A stretch of 64,000 nucleotides of DNA from Burkholderiales bacterium RIFCSPHIGHO2_01_FULL_63_240 (GCA_001770725.1 MERU01000007.1:108924-172923), one strand, 5' to 3'. Shown: positions 37,756-49,486, numbered from the stretch's first letter. Program-made: numbers and translations. Notes: generated by a model from the sequence alone, not told the origin.

Positions 37756-38367
37756 TCAGTTGCTCAGGCCGAGCAGCCGGTTGCGCAGATCCTCGGGCAC
37801 GCCGGGGCCCATGAACATGCGCAGGTAGATCTGGTAGGCCAGCTCGTTGTTGATGGGCTTGTCGTTGAGCTGGCGGTCGTTGAGCGAGGCGATGATGCCC
37901 GCGCCCGGCTGCCAGTCGATGTTGACCTTGTCGCCCTGCTCGACGCGCTTGACGTTGTTGTAGATGGCGCCGATCTCGGCCACCTCGTTGATGAGCGCCT
38001 TGAACTCGGTGTCGGTGGCCGCCTGTTTGAAGTCGGCCAGGAAGATGCGCGAGACGGTCGATTGCGAGAAGTCGCGCAGCAGCAGCATCTGGATGCGCCT
38101 GGGGCCGTCGAGCTTCATGATGGCGTCCAGCGTGGTCAGGCGCTCGGGCAGGTAGAGCGCGACGATGTTGGACTTGTAGTAGCCACGGCGGCGCACCCCG
38201 GCGCCGTTGAGCACCAGCTTCTTGCCGCGCACCACGCTCGTGGTGGGCACCTCGACGCCATCGACCTTGATGGTGGCCTGGGCCTGGGCCTGCATCGGCC
38301 AGGCGAGGGTGCCCAGCGCGAGAGCCAGCCACTGGCGGCGGTCGATGTGGGCTTGCGATGAGGGCAT
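37756..38367 (-). CDS. Chalcone-isomerase-like periplasmic protein
   Basis: Tat/Sec-like leader (DRRQWLALALGTLAWPMQAQA), then KLVLNGAGVRRRGYYKSNIVALYL, typical of the bacterial CHI-like family. Confidence 0.65.
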   Translation of the reverse strand: MPSSQAHIDRRQWLALALGTLAWPMQAQAQATIKVDGVEVPTTSVVRGKKLVLNGAGVRRRGYYKSNIVALYLPERLTTLDAIMKLDGPRRIQMLLLRDFSQSTVSRIFLADFKQAATDTEFKALINEVAEIGAIYNNVKRVEQGDKVNIDWQPGAGIIASLNDRQLNDKPINNELAYQIYLRMFMGPGVPEDLRNRLLGLSN

Positions 38368-38522
38368 GCGAGGGCTCCGCTGGGTTGTGGCGTCCGGACC
38401 CCGGACGAGGTGCGCCATTGTGCGCAAGCAGCCAGCTTCCCCCAGCCCGTGAGGTGGCGAATCGGTGCAAATCCTGATCGCCGAGGACGCCTGTGTGCCG
38501 GATTGCGCAGGTGCGCGACGGC

Positions 38523-40030
<1,508 letters not shown>

Positions 40031-40034
<4 letters not shown>

Positions 40035-40795
40035 GGGGCCACCACACAGGTCACGCCGGCGTCGGCCAGCAGTTGGGGGAAGGGCTCGGGCGGGGGCGCG
40101 TCGGTGAACAGCATGTCCACCTCGTCGAGGCGGGCCTGGTGCACCATGGCCTCGCGCCCGAACTTGCTCTGGTCGGCCAGCACCCACACCTGGCGGGCGT
40201 GCTCGATGATGGCGCGCGCCACCTTCACTTCGCGGTAGTCGAAGTCGCGCAGCGAGCCGTCGGCCTCGATGCCGCTGATGCCGATCAGCGCGATGTCGAC
40301 TTTGAACAAGCGGATGAAGTCCACGGTGGCCTCACCGACGATGCCGTGGTCGCGCGAGCGCACGACCCCGCCGGCGATGATGACCTCGCAGTCGGCGTTG
40401 TCGGCCAGGATGGCGGCCACGTTCAGGTTGTTGGTGATGACGCGCAGGCCGCGGTGGTGCATGAGCTCGCGCGCCACCGCCTCGGTCGTGGTGCCGATGT
40501 TGAGGATGAGCGAGCAGTTGTGCGGCACGCGTTCGGCCACCGCGCGCGCGATGCGCGCTTTTTCGTCGGCCTGCAGGGCCTGGCGCTGGCGGTAGCCGAT
40601 GTTCTCGGTGGTGGACGAAGGCAGGCGCACGCCGCCGTGAAAGCGCGTGAGCAGGCCGGCGTCGGCGAGCTGCTGCACGTCGCGGCGCACGGTCTGCAAG
40701 GTGACGCCGAACTGTTCGGCCAGGGCCTCGACGGTGGCCGAACTGCGGGCGCGGACCTCGTCAAGCAGGGCAGCGTGGCGGGCCTTGATGCTCAT
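40031..40795 (-). CDS. glpR: DeoR-family glycerol-3-phosphate regulon repressor
   Basis: DeoR HTH plus sugar-binding domain. ATGA overlap with glpK. Confidence 0.85.
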
Positions 40796-40952
40796 GTTCT
40801 GGGGCGTGGAAGGGGTTTTCGGAAACGAAACCCCCGCAGTCTACGCGTGCCCGCTTGACGCGGACACCCGGGATAACGAAAATGCGACAGCCTTAAAACG
40901 AGCAAAACGCGCATTCGTTTGATTTGCGTGTGTCCCAAAACGAAAGCTGTCC

Positions 40953-42581
40953 ATGGCCGCCTCCCGCCCCCTTCCCCCCGGTGAATTCGACGTGCTCGTG
41001 GTCGGTGGCGGCATCAACGGCGCGGGCATCGCGCGCGACCTGGCCGGCCGCGGCCTGTCGGTCTGCCTGGTCGAGCAGGACGACCTGGCGGCCCACACCT
41101 CGTCGGCGTCCACCAAGCTCATCCACGGGGGGCTGCGCTACCTGGAGCATCGCGAGTTCGGCCTGGTGCGCAAGGCCCTGGGCGAGCGCGAGGTGCTGCT
41201 CAAGAGCGCGCCGCACATCATGTGGCCGCTGCGCTTCGTGCTGCCGCACGACCCGTCCATGCGCCCCGCCTGGCTGATCCGCCTGGGCCTGTTCCTGTAC
41301 GACCACCTGGCGCGCCGCGAGGTGCTGCCGGGCTCGGCCGGGGTGGACCTGCGCCGCTCGGCCCTGGGCGTGCCGCTGCACCCGCACCTCAAGCGCGGCT
41401 TTGTCTACTCCGACGGTTGGGTCGATGACGCCCGCCTGGTCGTGCTCAACGCCATCGACGCGAGCGAGCGCGGCGCCAGCGTGCTCACGCGCACCCGCTG
41501 CGTGCAGGCCGTGCGGGGCGCCACGCACTGGCAGCTCACCCTGGCCGACACGGACAACCCGGGCGCCGTGCGGCAGGTGCGCGCCCGATCCTTGGTCAAC
41601 GCCGCCGGGCCATGGGCCGAGCGCTTCCTGCGCGACGTGGCCCAGGCGAAGTCGGGCGAACGCCTGGCCACGCGCAGCCTGCGCCTGGTCAAGGGCAGCC
41701 ACATCGTGGTGCCGCGCCAGTTCGACCACGATCACGCCTACATCTTCCAGAGCCCCGATGGCCGCATCGTCTTCGCCATCCCCTACGAGCGCGACTTCAC
41801 CCTCGTCGGCACCACCGACCAGGAGGTCACGGGCGACCCGCGCGACGCGCGTTGCGAGGCCGACGAAGTGGCTTACCTGTGCGAGCAGGCCAGCCGCTAC
41901 CTGGCCCGCCCCATCCGGCCCGCCGACGTGGTCTGGACCTACTCGGGCGTGCGCCCGCTGCTCGACGACGCCTCGGGCGACCCCTCTGCCGTGACGCGCG
42001 ACTACCTGCTCGAGCAGGACTCGCAGGCCGCGCCGCTGCTGACGGTGTGGGGCGGCAAGATCACCACCTTCCGCCAGCTGGCCGAGGATGCGTCGAACGC
42101 CATCTGCCGACAACTGGGCAGGCAGGACGAGGCCCGCGGGGCCTGGACGCGCGGGGCCAGCCTGCCGGGCGGTGACCTGTCCGAATGGGTGCGCGCCAAA
42201 GGCCGGCCGGACGAAGACTTCGCGGCCTTCGTGCTGGCCGTGCGGCAGCGCCACCCGTGGCTGCCGCCCGAGTTGGCCCACCGGCTGGCGCGCGCGCACG
42301 GCTCGCGCATCGCGATGGTGCTGGGCCGGGCGCAGCGCCTGGCCGACCTGGGCGAAGAGGTCGTGCCAGGGGTGCACGAAGCCGAGTTGCGCCACCTGCA
42401 GCGCCACGAATGGGCCCGCAGCGCCGACGATGTCCTGTGGCGGCGAAGCAAGCTCGGCCTGCACCTGACCGAGGCGCAGCGCGATGCCGTGGCCTGGTGG
42501 ATGGCCGGGCACCCCCTTGATGGCACATCGGCCTCATCGACCCCACACACCACACACCCCAGAGAGGAACTGCGAGCATGA
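40953..42581 (+). CDS. glpD: Aerobic glycerol-3-phosphate dehydrogenase (FAD)
   Basis: FDVLVVGGGINGAGIARD dinucleotide fold and a DAO domain. Confidence 0.9.
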   Translation: MAASRPLPPGEFDVLVVGGGINGAGIARDLAGRGLSVCLVEQDDLAAHTSSASTKLIHGGLRYLEHREFGLVRKALGEREVLLKSAPHIMWPLRFVLPHDPSMRPAWLIRLGLFLYDHLARREVLPGSAGVDLRRSALGVPLHPHLKRGFVYSDGWVDDARLVVLNAIDASERGASVLTRTRCVQAVRGATHWQLTLADTDNPGAVRQVRARSLVNAAGPWAERFLRDVAQAKSGERLATRSLRLVKGSHIVVPRQFDHDHAYIFQSPDGRIVFAIPYERDFTLVGTTDQEVTGDPRDARCEADEVAYLCEQASRYLARPIRPADVVWTYSGVRPLLDDASGDPSAVTRDYLLEQDSQAAPLLTVWGGKITTFRQLAEDASNAICRQLGRQDEARGAWTRGASLPGGDLSEWVRAKGRPDEDFAAFVLAVRQRHPWLPPELAHRLARAHGSRIAMVLGRAQRLADLGEEVVPGVHEAELRHLQRHEWARSADDVLWRRSKLGLHLTEAQRDAVAWWMAGHPLDGTSASSTPHTTHPREELRA

Positions 42582-43447
42582 ACACCCCCGACGGCCTGAG
42601 CCTGCACACGCGCCACTGGCGTGCCGTTTCCACCGCCGGCTCGCCGGCCTGGGGCACCGCCGTGCTGGTGCATGGCCTGGGCGAACACATCGGGCGCTAC
42701 GAACACGTGGCGGCCCACCTCAATGCGCAAGGCTGGGACGTGCGGGGCTTCGACCACCGCGGCCACGGGCGCTCGGGCGGTCGGCGGGGCGACATCGCCG
42801 CACCCGACAGCCTGTTGAGCGACCTGGGCGCCTTCCTGCGTGAGGTGCGCGGGGCCGATGCGGCCAGGCCCCTGGTGCTGATCGGGCACAGCCTGGGTGG
42901 CCTGGTGGCGGCGCGTTTCGTGGCCGAAGGGCTCGCGGCCAGGCCGGCCAGCTGGCACCTGCCAGTCGATGGCCTGGTGCTGTCGTCGCCCGCCATCGAC
43001 CCGGGCCTGAGCGCGGTGCAGAAGGCCTTGCTGGCAGTGGGCCCGCGCCTGTTGCCCCACCTGTGCGTGAACAATGGCCTGCAGCCCGAGTGGGTCTGCA
43101 GCGACCCGGCGGTGGTGCAGGCCTACTTGCAGGACCCGCTGGTGCACGACCGCATCAGCGGCCTGCTGGGGCGCTTCATCGCCGACGCCGGGCCCGTGGT
43201 GCTGGCGCGGGCGTCCGCCTGGCAGGTGCCGACCCTGCTGATGTGGTCGGGCCAGGATCGGTGCGTGAGCCCGCGAGGCTCGCAGCGGCTGGCGCAGGCG
43301 CTGCCACCGGCGCTGGTCGAGGCCAGGCCTTTCGAGCGGCTGGCGCACGAGATCTTCAACGAGCGCGAACGCGCCGAGGTGCTGGCTCGGTTGAGCAGCT
43401 GGCTCACTCGGGTCTTTTCGACGCTGGACGGCAGCCAGGCCGCCTGA
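42578..43447 (+). CDS. Alpha/beta hydrolase (lysophospholipase/monoacylglycerol-lipase-like)
   Basis: HGLGEH oxyanion region and GHSLGG nucleophile elbow. Overlaps the glpD stop. Confidence 0.8.
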   Translation: MNTPDGLSLHTRHWRAVSTAGSPAWGTAVLVHGLGEHIGRYEHVAAHLNAQGWDVRGFDHRGHGRSGGRRGDIAAPDSLLSDLGAFLREVRGADAARPLVLIGHSLGGLVAARFVAEGLAARPASWHLPVDGLVLSSPAIDPGLSAVQKALLAVGPRLLPHLCVNNGLQPEWVCSDPAVVQAYLQDPLVHDRISGLLGRFIADAGPVVLARASAWQVPTLLMWSGQDRCVSPRGSQRLAQALPPALVEARPFERLAHEIFNERERAEVLARLSSWLTRVFSTLDGSQAA

Positions 43448-43473
43448 GCCGGCATCAGGCGCGGCCGGGGTGG

Positions 43474-44019
43474 TCAGTGCTGGTGGTCGCCGTGGCCGTG
43501 ACCGTGGGCGTGGTCGTGCCCGGCGCCATCGGTGCCCTGTGCTGGCCCGGCCTTCTTGACCGGCACCTTGACGTCCAGGGTGGTCTGCTTCTTCTGAGCG
43601 TCCTCGATCACCAGCTTCAGCGGCACGCTGCTGCCGTCGGGCAGGGGCTTTTTCAGGCCCATCAGCATCACGTGGTACGAGCCCGGCTTGAGCGCCACGG
43701 CCTGGCCGGCCGGCAGGGCCAGCGACGGGATGGCGCGCATGCGCATCACGTCGCCTTCCATCTTCATTTCGTGCACTTCGACGGTGTGGGCAACGGGCGA
43801 GCTTGCGCCCACCAGGGTGCTGTCCTGCTTGGCGGTGAAGGTGCCGAACATGCCCGTGGCCTGCTGACCCGGCACGGTGGCGCGCACCCACGCGTTGCTG
43901 ACGGTGACCTGGGCGTGGGCGCCGCCTGCCAGGGTGAACAGGGCGGCTGCAAGCAGGGGGGCGGAGAAGGCGGAAAGGGCTGAGAGGGGCGGTAGGGCGG
44001 CGAGGCGGCGTTGGGTCAT
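43474..44019 (-). CDS. PCu(A)C-type copper chaperone (DUF461) with a His-rich C-terminal tail
   Basis: Start MTQRR at 44019 follows GGAGA. HEMKMEGDVMRMR motif. Tail GHDHAHGHGHGDHQH. Confidence 0.8.
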   Translation of the reverse strand: MTQRRLAALPPLSALSAFSAPLLAAALFTLAGGAHAQVTVSNAWVRATVPGQQATGMFGTFTAKQDSTLVGASSPVAHTVEVHEMKMEGDVMRMRAIPSLALPAGQAVALKPGSYHVMLMGLKKPLPDGSSVPLKLVIEDAQKKQTTLDVKVPVKKAGPAQGTDGAGHDHAHGHGHGDHQH

Positions 44020-44103
44020 GTCTGTCTCCATGCTGGCCGAGCGGCTGGGTGAGAACAAGGGGCCAGCCCCCATCCTGCCACCAAAGTCACCTGCCTGCCG
44101 CGT

Positions 44104-46215
44104 TCAGAACGACACCAGCAGGCTCACCCGCAGCGTGCGCGGCTCGGCCGGGTGCGAGTGCAGGTCGGTGGTGGCCTGGCCGCTGGGCTCGCTGGCCAGC
44201 CGCGACTCATAGAGGTAGTCGATGTCGCTGACCTTTCGGTTCAAGAGGTTGAAGACATCGATCCACACGCGTGTGCTGGGCGTGAGCTTGCGGCCCAGTC
44301 GCGCGTAGGCCAGCGTCGTGCCCTTCGAGCGCACGCTGCCGTCTTCGATCAGGTCGCGCGGGCCGAAGTGGCGCAGCTGGAGCTGGCCCGTCCAGGGGCC
44401 CTTGTCGTCGAAGGTGAGGCCGAACGAGGCCACGCGCTCGACGGCGCCCGGCACGCGCCGACCCGCATGGGGGACGTCGCCCTGCGCCTGACGGAACCGG
44501 GCCTTCGACCAGGCCACATCGAGGTCGAGCCACCAGCCGGGGACCGGTTGCCAGTGCTGACCGACCTCGATGCCATGGCGGCGCGAGGCCCCGCTGGCCT
44601 CGGTCTCGCCCGCGTCACCCACGAACACCAGCTCCGAGTCGAGGTCGAGTCGCCACAGCGCGACGTTGGTGTGCCAGCCTGGCAGCCATTCGCCTCGCAG
44701 GCCCAGCTCGTGGCCGCGCGTGCGCACGAGCGGCTGAGCGCGCTCGGTGGCGTCGCGGCTGCCCGTGTCGGGGTTGAGCTTGGCGCTCAGGCGCGAGGTC
44801 ATGCCGCGCGCGTCGTTGCTGTGAAAGCCCCAGCCGGTGTTGGCAAAGAGCTCGGTGTTCGCCCATGGCCCGAAGACCAGCGAGAACTTGGGGCTGGGTG
44901 CCATGTCGCTGCGCGAGCCGCCGTTGCCCGCGATGCTGCTGTCCACATCGACCGAGATGCGGTCGAGGCGCAGCCCGGCGATGCTGCGCAGCCATGGCAG
45001 CCAGCGTGTTTCGCTCTGGCCATGCAGGCCCACGCTGGTCTGGCGAACGCGGCTTTGTTGAAAAGGCGCACCGCGCTCACCTCCTTGCGCCGCGAAAAAA
45101 CCCAGCGGATCGATCCGGTCGTGGCGCCATTGCAGGCCCAGGGTGTGACGGCTTTCCAGGCCCGCCAGGGGGGTGGTCCAGCTGCGCTGCAGTTGGCCGC
45201 CCAGCGCCAGGCGCTTTTCGGCCTGCTCGAACTGGTCGCCGTTGACCTCGTCGTCGAGGAAGTAGGTGAAGTTGGAGAACAGGCTCAGGCGCGACTGGAT
45301 GGCGTAAAGGCCGGCCTGCCACTCACCGTCATCGGCGATGCGCGTGGCCTGCCATGACAGGCTGCCGCGCTGGCTGTGGCCGCCGTCGCTCGGGTCGATG
45401 GCGCCGAAGCGGCCGATCTCGCCGCTGTCGATGGCGCGCCGGGGCACCTGGTCGGTGCTGTCCCATCGCGCGCTGTAGAGCATGGCGGTGAAGCTGTGGC
45501 GCGTGGCGCCGTCCGGCACGCTGTGGCGCAGCAGCGCGTTCACCCGCTTGTGGTGCTGTGGCTGGTCCCAGGGGCCATCGCTGTAGGCGCCTTCGATGGC
45601 GTAGAGCAGCGGACCGGCGGGCAGCTCGGTGCTGTCGGCCACGAGGGTGCGCACGTGGTTGTGCTCACCCAGCGTGATGGCGGCCAGGCCCTGCTCCAGC
45701 GTGTCCTTGAGCTGGATGCGAGCGGAGCCGGCCGAGGAAAAGTCGCCGTCCTCGGCCGCGAAGGTGCCCTTGCGGTACTGGATGGCCTGCACCAGCTCCG
45801 GGATCAGGAAGTTCAGGTCGGTGTAGCCCTGGCCATGTGCGTGCGTGGGCATGTTCACCGGCATGCCATCGACCCAGGTGGCGAAGTCGGTGCCGTGGTC
45901 GAGGTTGAAGCCGCGCAGGTAGTACTGGTTGGCCTTGCCGTCGCCGCTGTGCTGCGAAACGATCACGCCGGGCACGAACTCCAGCACCTCGGCGGGGCGC
46001 AGCACCGGGCGGCGCTGGATCAGGGCACCACTGACGGTGCCTTCGCTGGCGCTGGTCTGTTCGCCAGCGGCGGCCAGGTAGTGGGCGCGGACCTCGGTTC
46101 CGGGAAGCTGAGCCTCGGGCGAGGCGGTCTGTGCGAGGGCGGGGGCGCCGCCCAGACCGGCGAGGGCAAGCAGGGCAGCGGTGCGAGCCGCGTCGGAATG
46201 GCTGAACAGGGGCAT
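44104..46215 (-). CDS. TonB-dependent outer-membrane receptor
   Basis: Start MPLFSH at 46215. Plug domain (EVLEFVPGVIVSQHSGDGKANQYYLRGF), beta-barrel, and terminal F. Confidence 0.9.
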   Translation of the reverse strand: MPLFSHSDAARTAALLALAGLGGAPALAQTASPEAQLPGTEVRAHYLAAAGEQTSASEGTVSGALIQRRPVLRPAEVLEFVPGVIVSQHSGDGKANQYYLRGFNLDHGTDFATWVDGMPVNMPTHAHGQGYTDLNFLIPELVQAIQYRKGTFAAEDGDFSSAGSARIQLKDTLEQGLAAITLGEHNHVRTLVADSTELPAGPLLYAIEGAYSDGPWDQPQHHKRVNALLRHSVPDGATRHSFTAMLYSARWDSTDQVPRRAIDSGEIGRFGAIDPSDGGHSQRGSLSWQATRIADDGEWQAGLYAIQSRLSLFSNFTYFLDDEVNGDQFEQAEKRLALGGQLQRSWTTPLAGLESRHTLGLQWRHDRIDPLGFFAAQGGERGAPFQQSRVRQTSVGLHGQSETRWLPWLRSIAGLRLDRISVDVDSSIAGNGGSRSDMAPSPKFSLVFGPWANTELFANTGWGFHSNDARGMTSRLSAKLNPDTGSRDATERAQPLVRTRGHELGLRGEWLPGWHTNVALWRLDLDSELVFVGDAGETEASGASRRHGIEVGQHWQPVPGWWLDLDVAWSKARFRQAQGDVPHAGRRVPGAVERVASFGLTFDDKGPWTGQLQLRHFGPRDLIEDGSVRSKGTTLAYARLGRKLTPSTRVWIDVFNLLNRKVSDIDYLYESRLASEPSGQATTDLHSHPAEPRTLRVSLLVSF

Positions 46216-46237
46216 GGTGAACCGATGCGGTCGGCTT

Positions 46238-46264
46238 GTATGATGAAATGTATAAACATCATAC
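46238..46264. promoter_or_regulatory. NikR operator
   Basis: GTATGAT-N13-ATCATAC is a perfect palindrome 23 nt upstream of the receptor ATG. The E. coli nik operator is GTATGA-N16-TCATAC as I recall it. Confidence 0.75.
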
Positions 46265-46309
46265 GCAAGACCGGTGCCAGGCCGGGGCTGCCTGTGGCGT
46301 TGCGTCGGG

Positions 46310-46780
46310 TCAGCTCGCGGGTTTGAGGTGCACGTGGCGCGCGCTGCCTGGGCCGTGGTCGTGCCGGTGGGGCTGGTGCAGCTCGACGCTGATGAGGTTG
46401 AGCTTGCCGTGGTGCACGCCGCGCTCGGCGCAGACCTGGTCGGCAAAGCGCTGCACGCTGGCCACCCGGCCACGCAGCAGCACCGTCTCGATGCAGTGCT
46501 CGTGGTCCAGGTGCGTGTGCATGGTCGACACCGCCAGGTCGTGGTGCTCGTGCTGCAGCGTCATCAGGCGCTCGGCCAGGTCGCGCGCGTGGTGGTTGTA
46601 GACGTAGGACAGGCAGGCCACGCAATGGCCCTTGGGGTCGGCGCTGAGCCGCTGGCGATCCATCTCGGCGCGAACGATGTCGCGAAAGGCCTCGGAGCGA
46701 TTGCCGTAACCGCGTTCGGCCGCCCAGTCGTCGAATTCGCGGGCCAGCTTGTCGTCCAGGGAAATGGTGAAGCGTTCCAT
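46310..46780 (-). CDS. nikR: Nickel-responsive regulator NikR
   Basis: Ribbon-helix-helix N-terminus MERFTISLDDKLAREFD plus a C-terminal ACT-like Ni-binding domain carrying His and Cys residues. Confidence 0.9.
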   Translation of the reverse strand: MERFTISLDDKLAREFDDWAAERGYGNRSEAFRDIVRAEMDRQRLSADPKGHCVACLSYVYNHHARDLAERLMTLQHEHHDLAVSTMHTHLDHEHCIETVLLRGRVASVQRFADQVCAERGVHHGKLNLISVELHQPHRHDHGPGSARHVHLKPAS

Positions 46781-46876
46781 GGGGCCACATTGTGCGCAGG
46801 TTGCGTGGGGGTGGCGTCATGGTTTCGTGTTCCACTGGCGTTTCTTGCGTGCAACCGACCCAGGAGTTGTGTGTCC

Positions 46877-47746
46877 ATGAAGTGCTTCGATGTTCCCCTG
46901 TCCGTGAGCCCGCTGCCCTGGTTGGCTGGCCTGCTGGCCGTCTCCTTGGGCGCCATGTCGCCCGCTCTGGCCCAGAACGAAGGCGAGGACGAAGGTCGCA
47001 AGCCGTTGTGGGAGTTGGGTGCCGTGGGGGTGGGGGTGTCTCAACTGGCCTATCCAGGGGCCGATCAGCAGGTGCGGCGTGGGGTCGTGTTGCCGTACGT
47101 CATTTACCGAGGTCGGGTGCTGCGCGCCGATCGCGATACCGCAGGCCTGCGCGCCATCCACACCGATGATTTCGACTTGGACGTGGGGTTCTCGGGCTCC
47201 TTCGGCGCCAGCTCCGACAAGATCGAAGCCCGCCGGGGCATGCCCAACCTGGGCACCTTGATCGAGTTCGGGCCGCGCATGCGCTGGAAGCTGGGGGACG
47301 GGCCTGGCGGTGGACGCTGGCGTTTCGACCTGCCCCTGCGCGGCGTGTTCGACCTCAGTGATCGCGCGGCGCATCGGGGCATGTCGCTGGAGCCCGAGGT
47401 GCACTTCCGCCGTGAAAGCCCGACCGGCTGGAACTACAGCATGAGCTTCGGGGTCATTTTTGCCGACCAGCGCCTGGCCGACACGTTCTACGAGGTGGCG
47501 CCCCGTTACGCCACCGCCGAGCGCCCCGCCTACGAGGCCAAGCCGGGCCTGGTGGCCTGGCGCGTGGGCACCACCGTGTCGCGCAAGCTCGGCCCTGACT
47601 GGCGTGTCTTCGGCTTTGCGCGGGTGGACCACCTCGCGGGCGCCGCCAACCGCGCCAGCCCGCTGGTGCGCAGAGACGCCGGGTTGACCGCGGGCATCGG
47701 GGCCAGCTACACGTGGCTGCGCTCAGGCACCCTGGTCGACGACTGA
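46877..47746 (+). CDS. MipA/OmpV-family outer-membrane protein
   Basis: Signal peptide, then WELGAVGVGVSQLAYPGADQ...VLPYVIYRG, typical of MipA. Confidence 0.8.
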   Translation: MKCFDVPLSVSPLPWLAGLLAVSLGAMSPALAQNEGEDEGRKPLWELGAVGVGVSQLAYPGADQQVRRGVVLPYVIYRGRVLRADRDTAGLRAIHTDDFDLDVGFSGSFGASSDKIEARRGMPNLGTLIEFGPRMRWKLGDGPGGGRWRFDLPLRGVFDLSDRAAHRGMSLEPEVHFRRESPTGWNYSMSFGVIFADQRLADTFYEVAPRYATAERPAYEAKPGLVAWRVGTTVSRKLGPDWRVFGFARVDHLAGAANRASPLVRRDAGLTAGIGASYTWLRSGTLVDD

Positions 47747-47756
47747 CGCGCCTGGC

Positions 47757-48392
47757 TCAGCCTGGTTCGTGGCCCTTGAGGAACAGGGCCACGTTGGCCT
47801 TGAGCAAGGCCTCGTCCTCCGGCTCCCCTGGCTTGCCCAGGTTGAGCAGGTGACGCAGTTGCCCCATCCCCAGGAACAGCCCCATGAACTGGTTGGCCGC
47901 CAGCGTGGGCTGCCTGACCTTCAGTGAGCCCTGGCGCGTGGCCTCGGCGAGGTAAGCGGCCAGCGCCTGGCACATGCGATCCGGGCCTTGGTCGTGAAAC
48001 GCCAGGCGAACCTCGGGGTGCGCGTCGCGCAGGCCGAAGAGGATGCGGTGATGCTGCACGACCTGGTCGTCGCGGATCAGCCTCAGGAAGGCCCGCCCGA
48101 TCGCCGTCAGGGCCTGTTTGGGCTTGAGCGGGTCCATCGCCGGCATGTCGGTGCCCATGAGTTCGGCCGTGCGCGAGGCCACGGCGGCGATGAACAAATC
48201 GCCCTTGGACGGGAAGTGGCTGTAGACCGTCATCTTGGACACCCCCGCCTCGGCGGCGATGGCGTCCATGCTGGTGCCAGACAGGCCGTGCTCATGGAAC
48301 TGCCGGGCCGCGGCCGCCACGATGCGCTGCAGGCGTTCCGGGTCGCGTGGGCGGCCTCGCCGGGTGGGGGCCGGGGATTTGTCCTGATTCAT
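47757..48392 (-). CDS. TetR-family regulator
   Basis: N-terminal HTH: [38 protein letters not shown]. Confidence 0.9.
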   Translation of the reverse strand: MNQDKSPAPTRRGRPRDPERLQRIVAAAARQFHEHGLSGTSMDAIAAEAGVSKMTVYSHFPSKGDLFIAAVASRTAELMGTDMPAMDPLKPKQALTAIGRAFLRLIRDDQVVQHHRILFGLRDAHPEVRLAFHDQGPDRMCQALAAYLAEATRQGSLKVRQPTLAANQFMGLFLGMGQLRHLLNLGKPGEPEDEALLKANVALFLKGHEPG

Positions 48393-48442
48393 TTAATGTA
48401 CTGATGGGTATTGAATGTGCGCATCACAAACAGGAAGGCATC

Positions 48443-49486
48443 ATGACACCGAAGGATCACGCTCGCACCTGGCTGGCCCTGGCCTGCCTGGCGACCCTGG
48501 CCGGGCCCACCCGGGCGGCCCCCTTGCTTTGCGTCTGGGACATCCTGGGCAAGGGCGGCGAGGTGCACACCCTGGCCCAGGACTACGCCGTGGCCATGGT
48601 CCGCGAAGGCGTGCACTTCGAGGTGCGCACCTTCACCGACGAGCGCGTGGTCGCTGAGGACTTTCGCGCCGGGCAGTGCGCGGCGGCCATCCTCACGGGC
48701 TTTCGGGCGCGGCCCTTCAACCAGGTCACGGGCTCGCTCGACAGCCTCGGCTCGGCCGTGGTGGTGCGCGACGGCAAGGTCGACCTCGCGGCCAGCTACG
48801 AGGTGCTGCGCAAGCTGATCCAGGTGTTTGCCTCACCGCAGGCCGCCGCGCTGATGACCGAAGGGCAGCACGAGGTGGGCGGCATCCTGCCTGTGGGGGC
48901 GGCCTACCCGATGTTGCGCGAGCGCTTCGAGATCACGCCGCACACGCTGGCGGGCAAGCGGGTCGCCGCGTTCGACCACGACCGCGTCCAGGCCATGCTG
49001 ATCCAGAAGATGGGCGCGCAGGCGATCTCGTCGGACATCACCAACGTGGGCGCCAAGTTCAACAACGGCCTGGTCGACCTCATCCACATGCCGGCGATCA
49101 CCTTCAAGCCCTTCGAGCTGGCCAAGGGCATGGGCAGCAAGGGCGGCGTGCTGCGCATGCCGGTCATGATCCCGACCTTGCAACTCGTCTTCAACCGCGC
49201 GCAGGTGCCGGCGACGCTGGGGGCGCCTTCGCGGGTGTACTGGGCCGGTCTGCACGAAGGGGCGATGAAGGCCATTCAGCGCGCCGAAGCCGAGGTGCCC
49301 GCCCGGCTCTGGTTCGACCTGCCGCCCGATCACGTCCAGCCCTATGTGGACGTGCTGCGGGAAGGGCGCATCGCGGGTGCGAAGGCCGGGCTCTACAGCT
49401 GGCGCACGCTCAACCTGATGAAGAAGGCGCGCTGCCAGGCCTCGCCTGCCATGGCCGAGTGCAGCGTGCCGACCGAGTCACCCTGA
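48443..49486 (+). CDS. Periplasmic solute-binding-like protein of unknown specificity
   Basis: ATG at 48443 follows AGGAAGG. Signal peptide present. The fold call is tentative (TRAP DctP-like/DUF). Confidence 0.5.
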   Translation: MTPKDHARTWLALACLATLAGPTRAAPLLCVWDILGKGGEVHTLAQDYAVAMVREGVHFEVRTFTDERVVAEDFRAGQCAAAILTGFRARPFNQVTGSLDSLGSAVVVRDGKVDLAASYEVLRKLIQVFASPQAAALMTEGQHEVGGILPVGAAYPMLRERFEITPHTLAGKRVAAFDHDRVQAMLIQKMGAQAISSDITNVGAKFNNGLVDLIHMPAITFKPFELAKGMGSKGGVLRMPVMIPTLQLVFNRAQVPATLGAPSRVYWAGLHEGAMKAIQRAEAEVPARLWFDLPPDHVQPYVDVLREGRIAGAKAGLYSWRTLNLMKKARCQASPAMAECSVPTESP

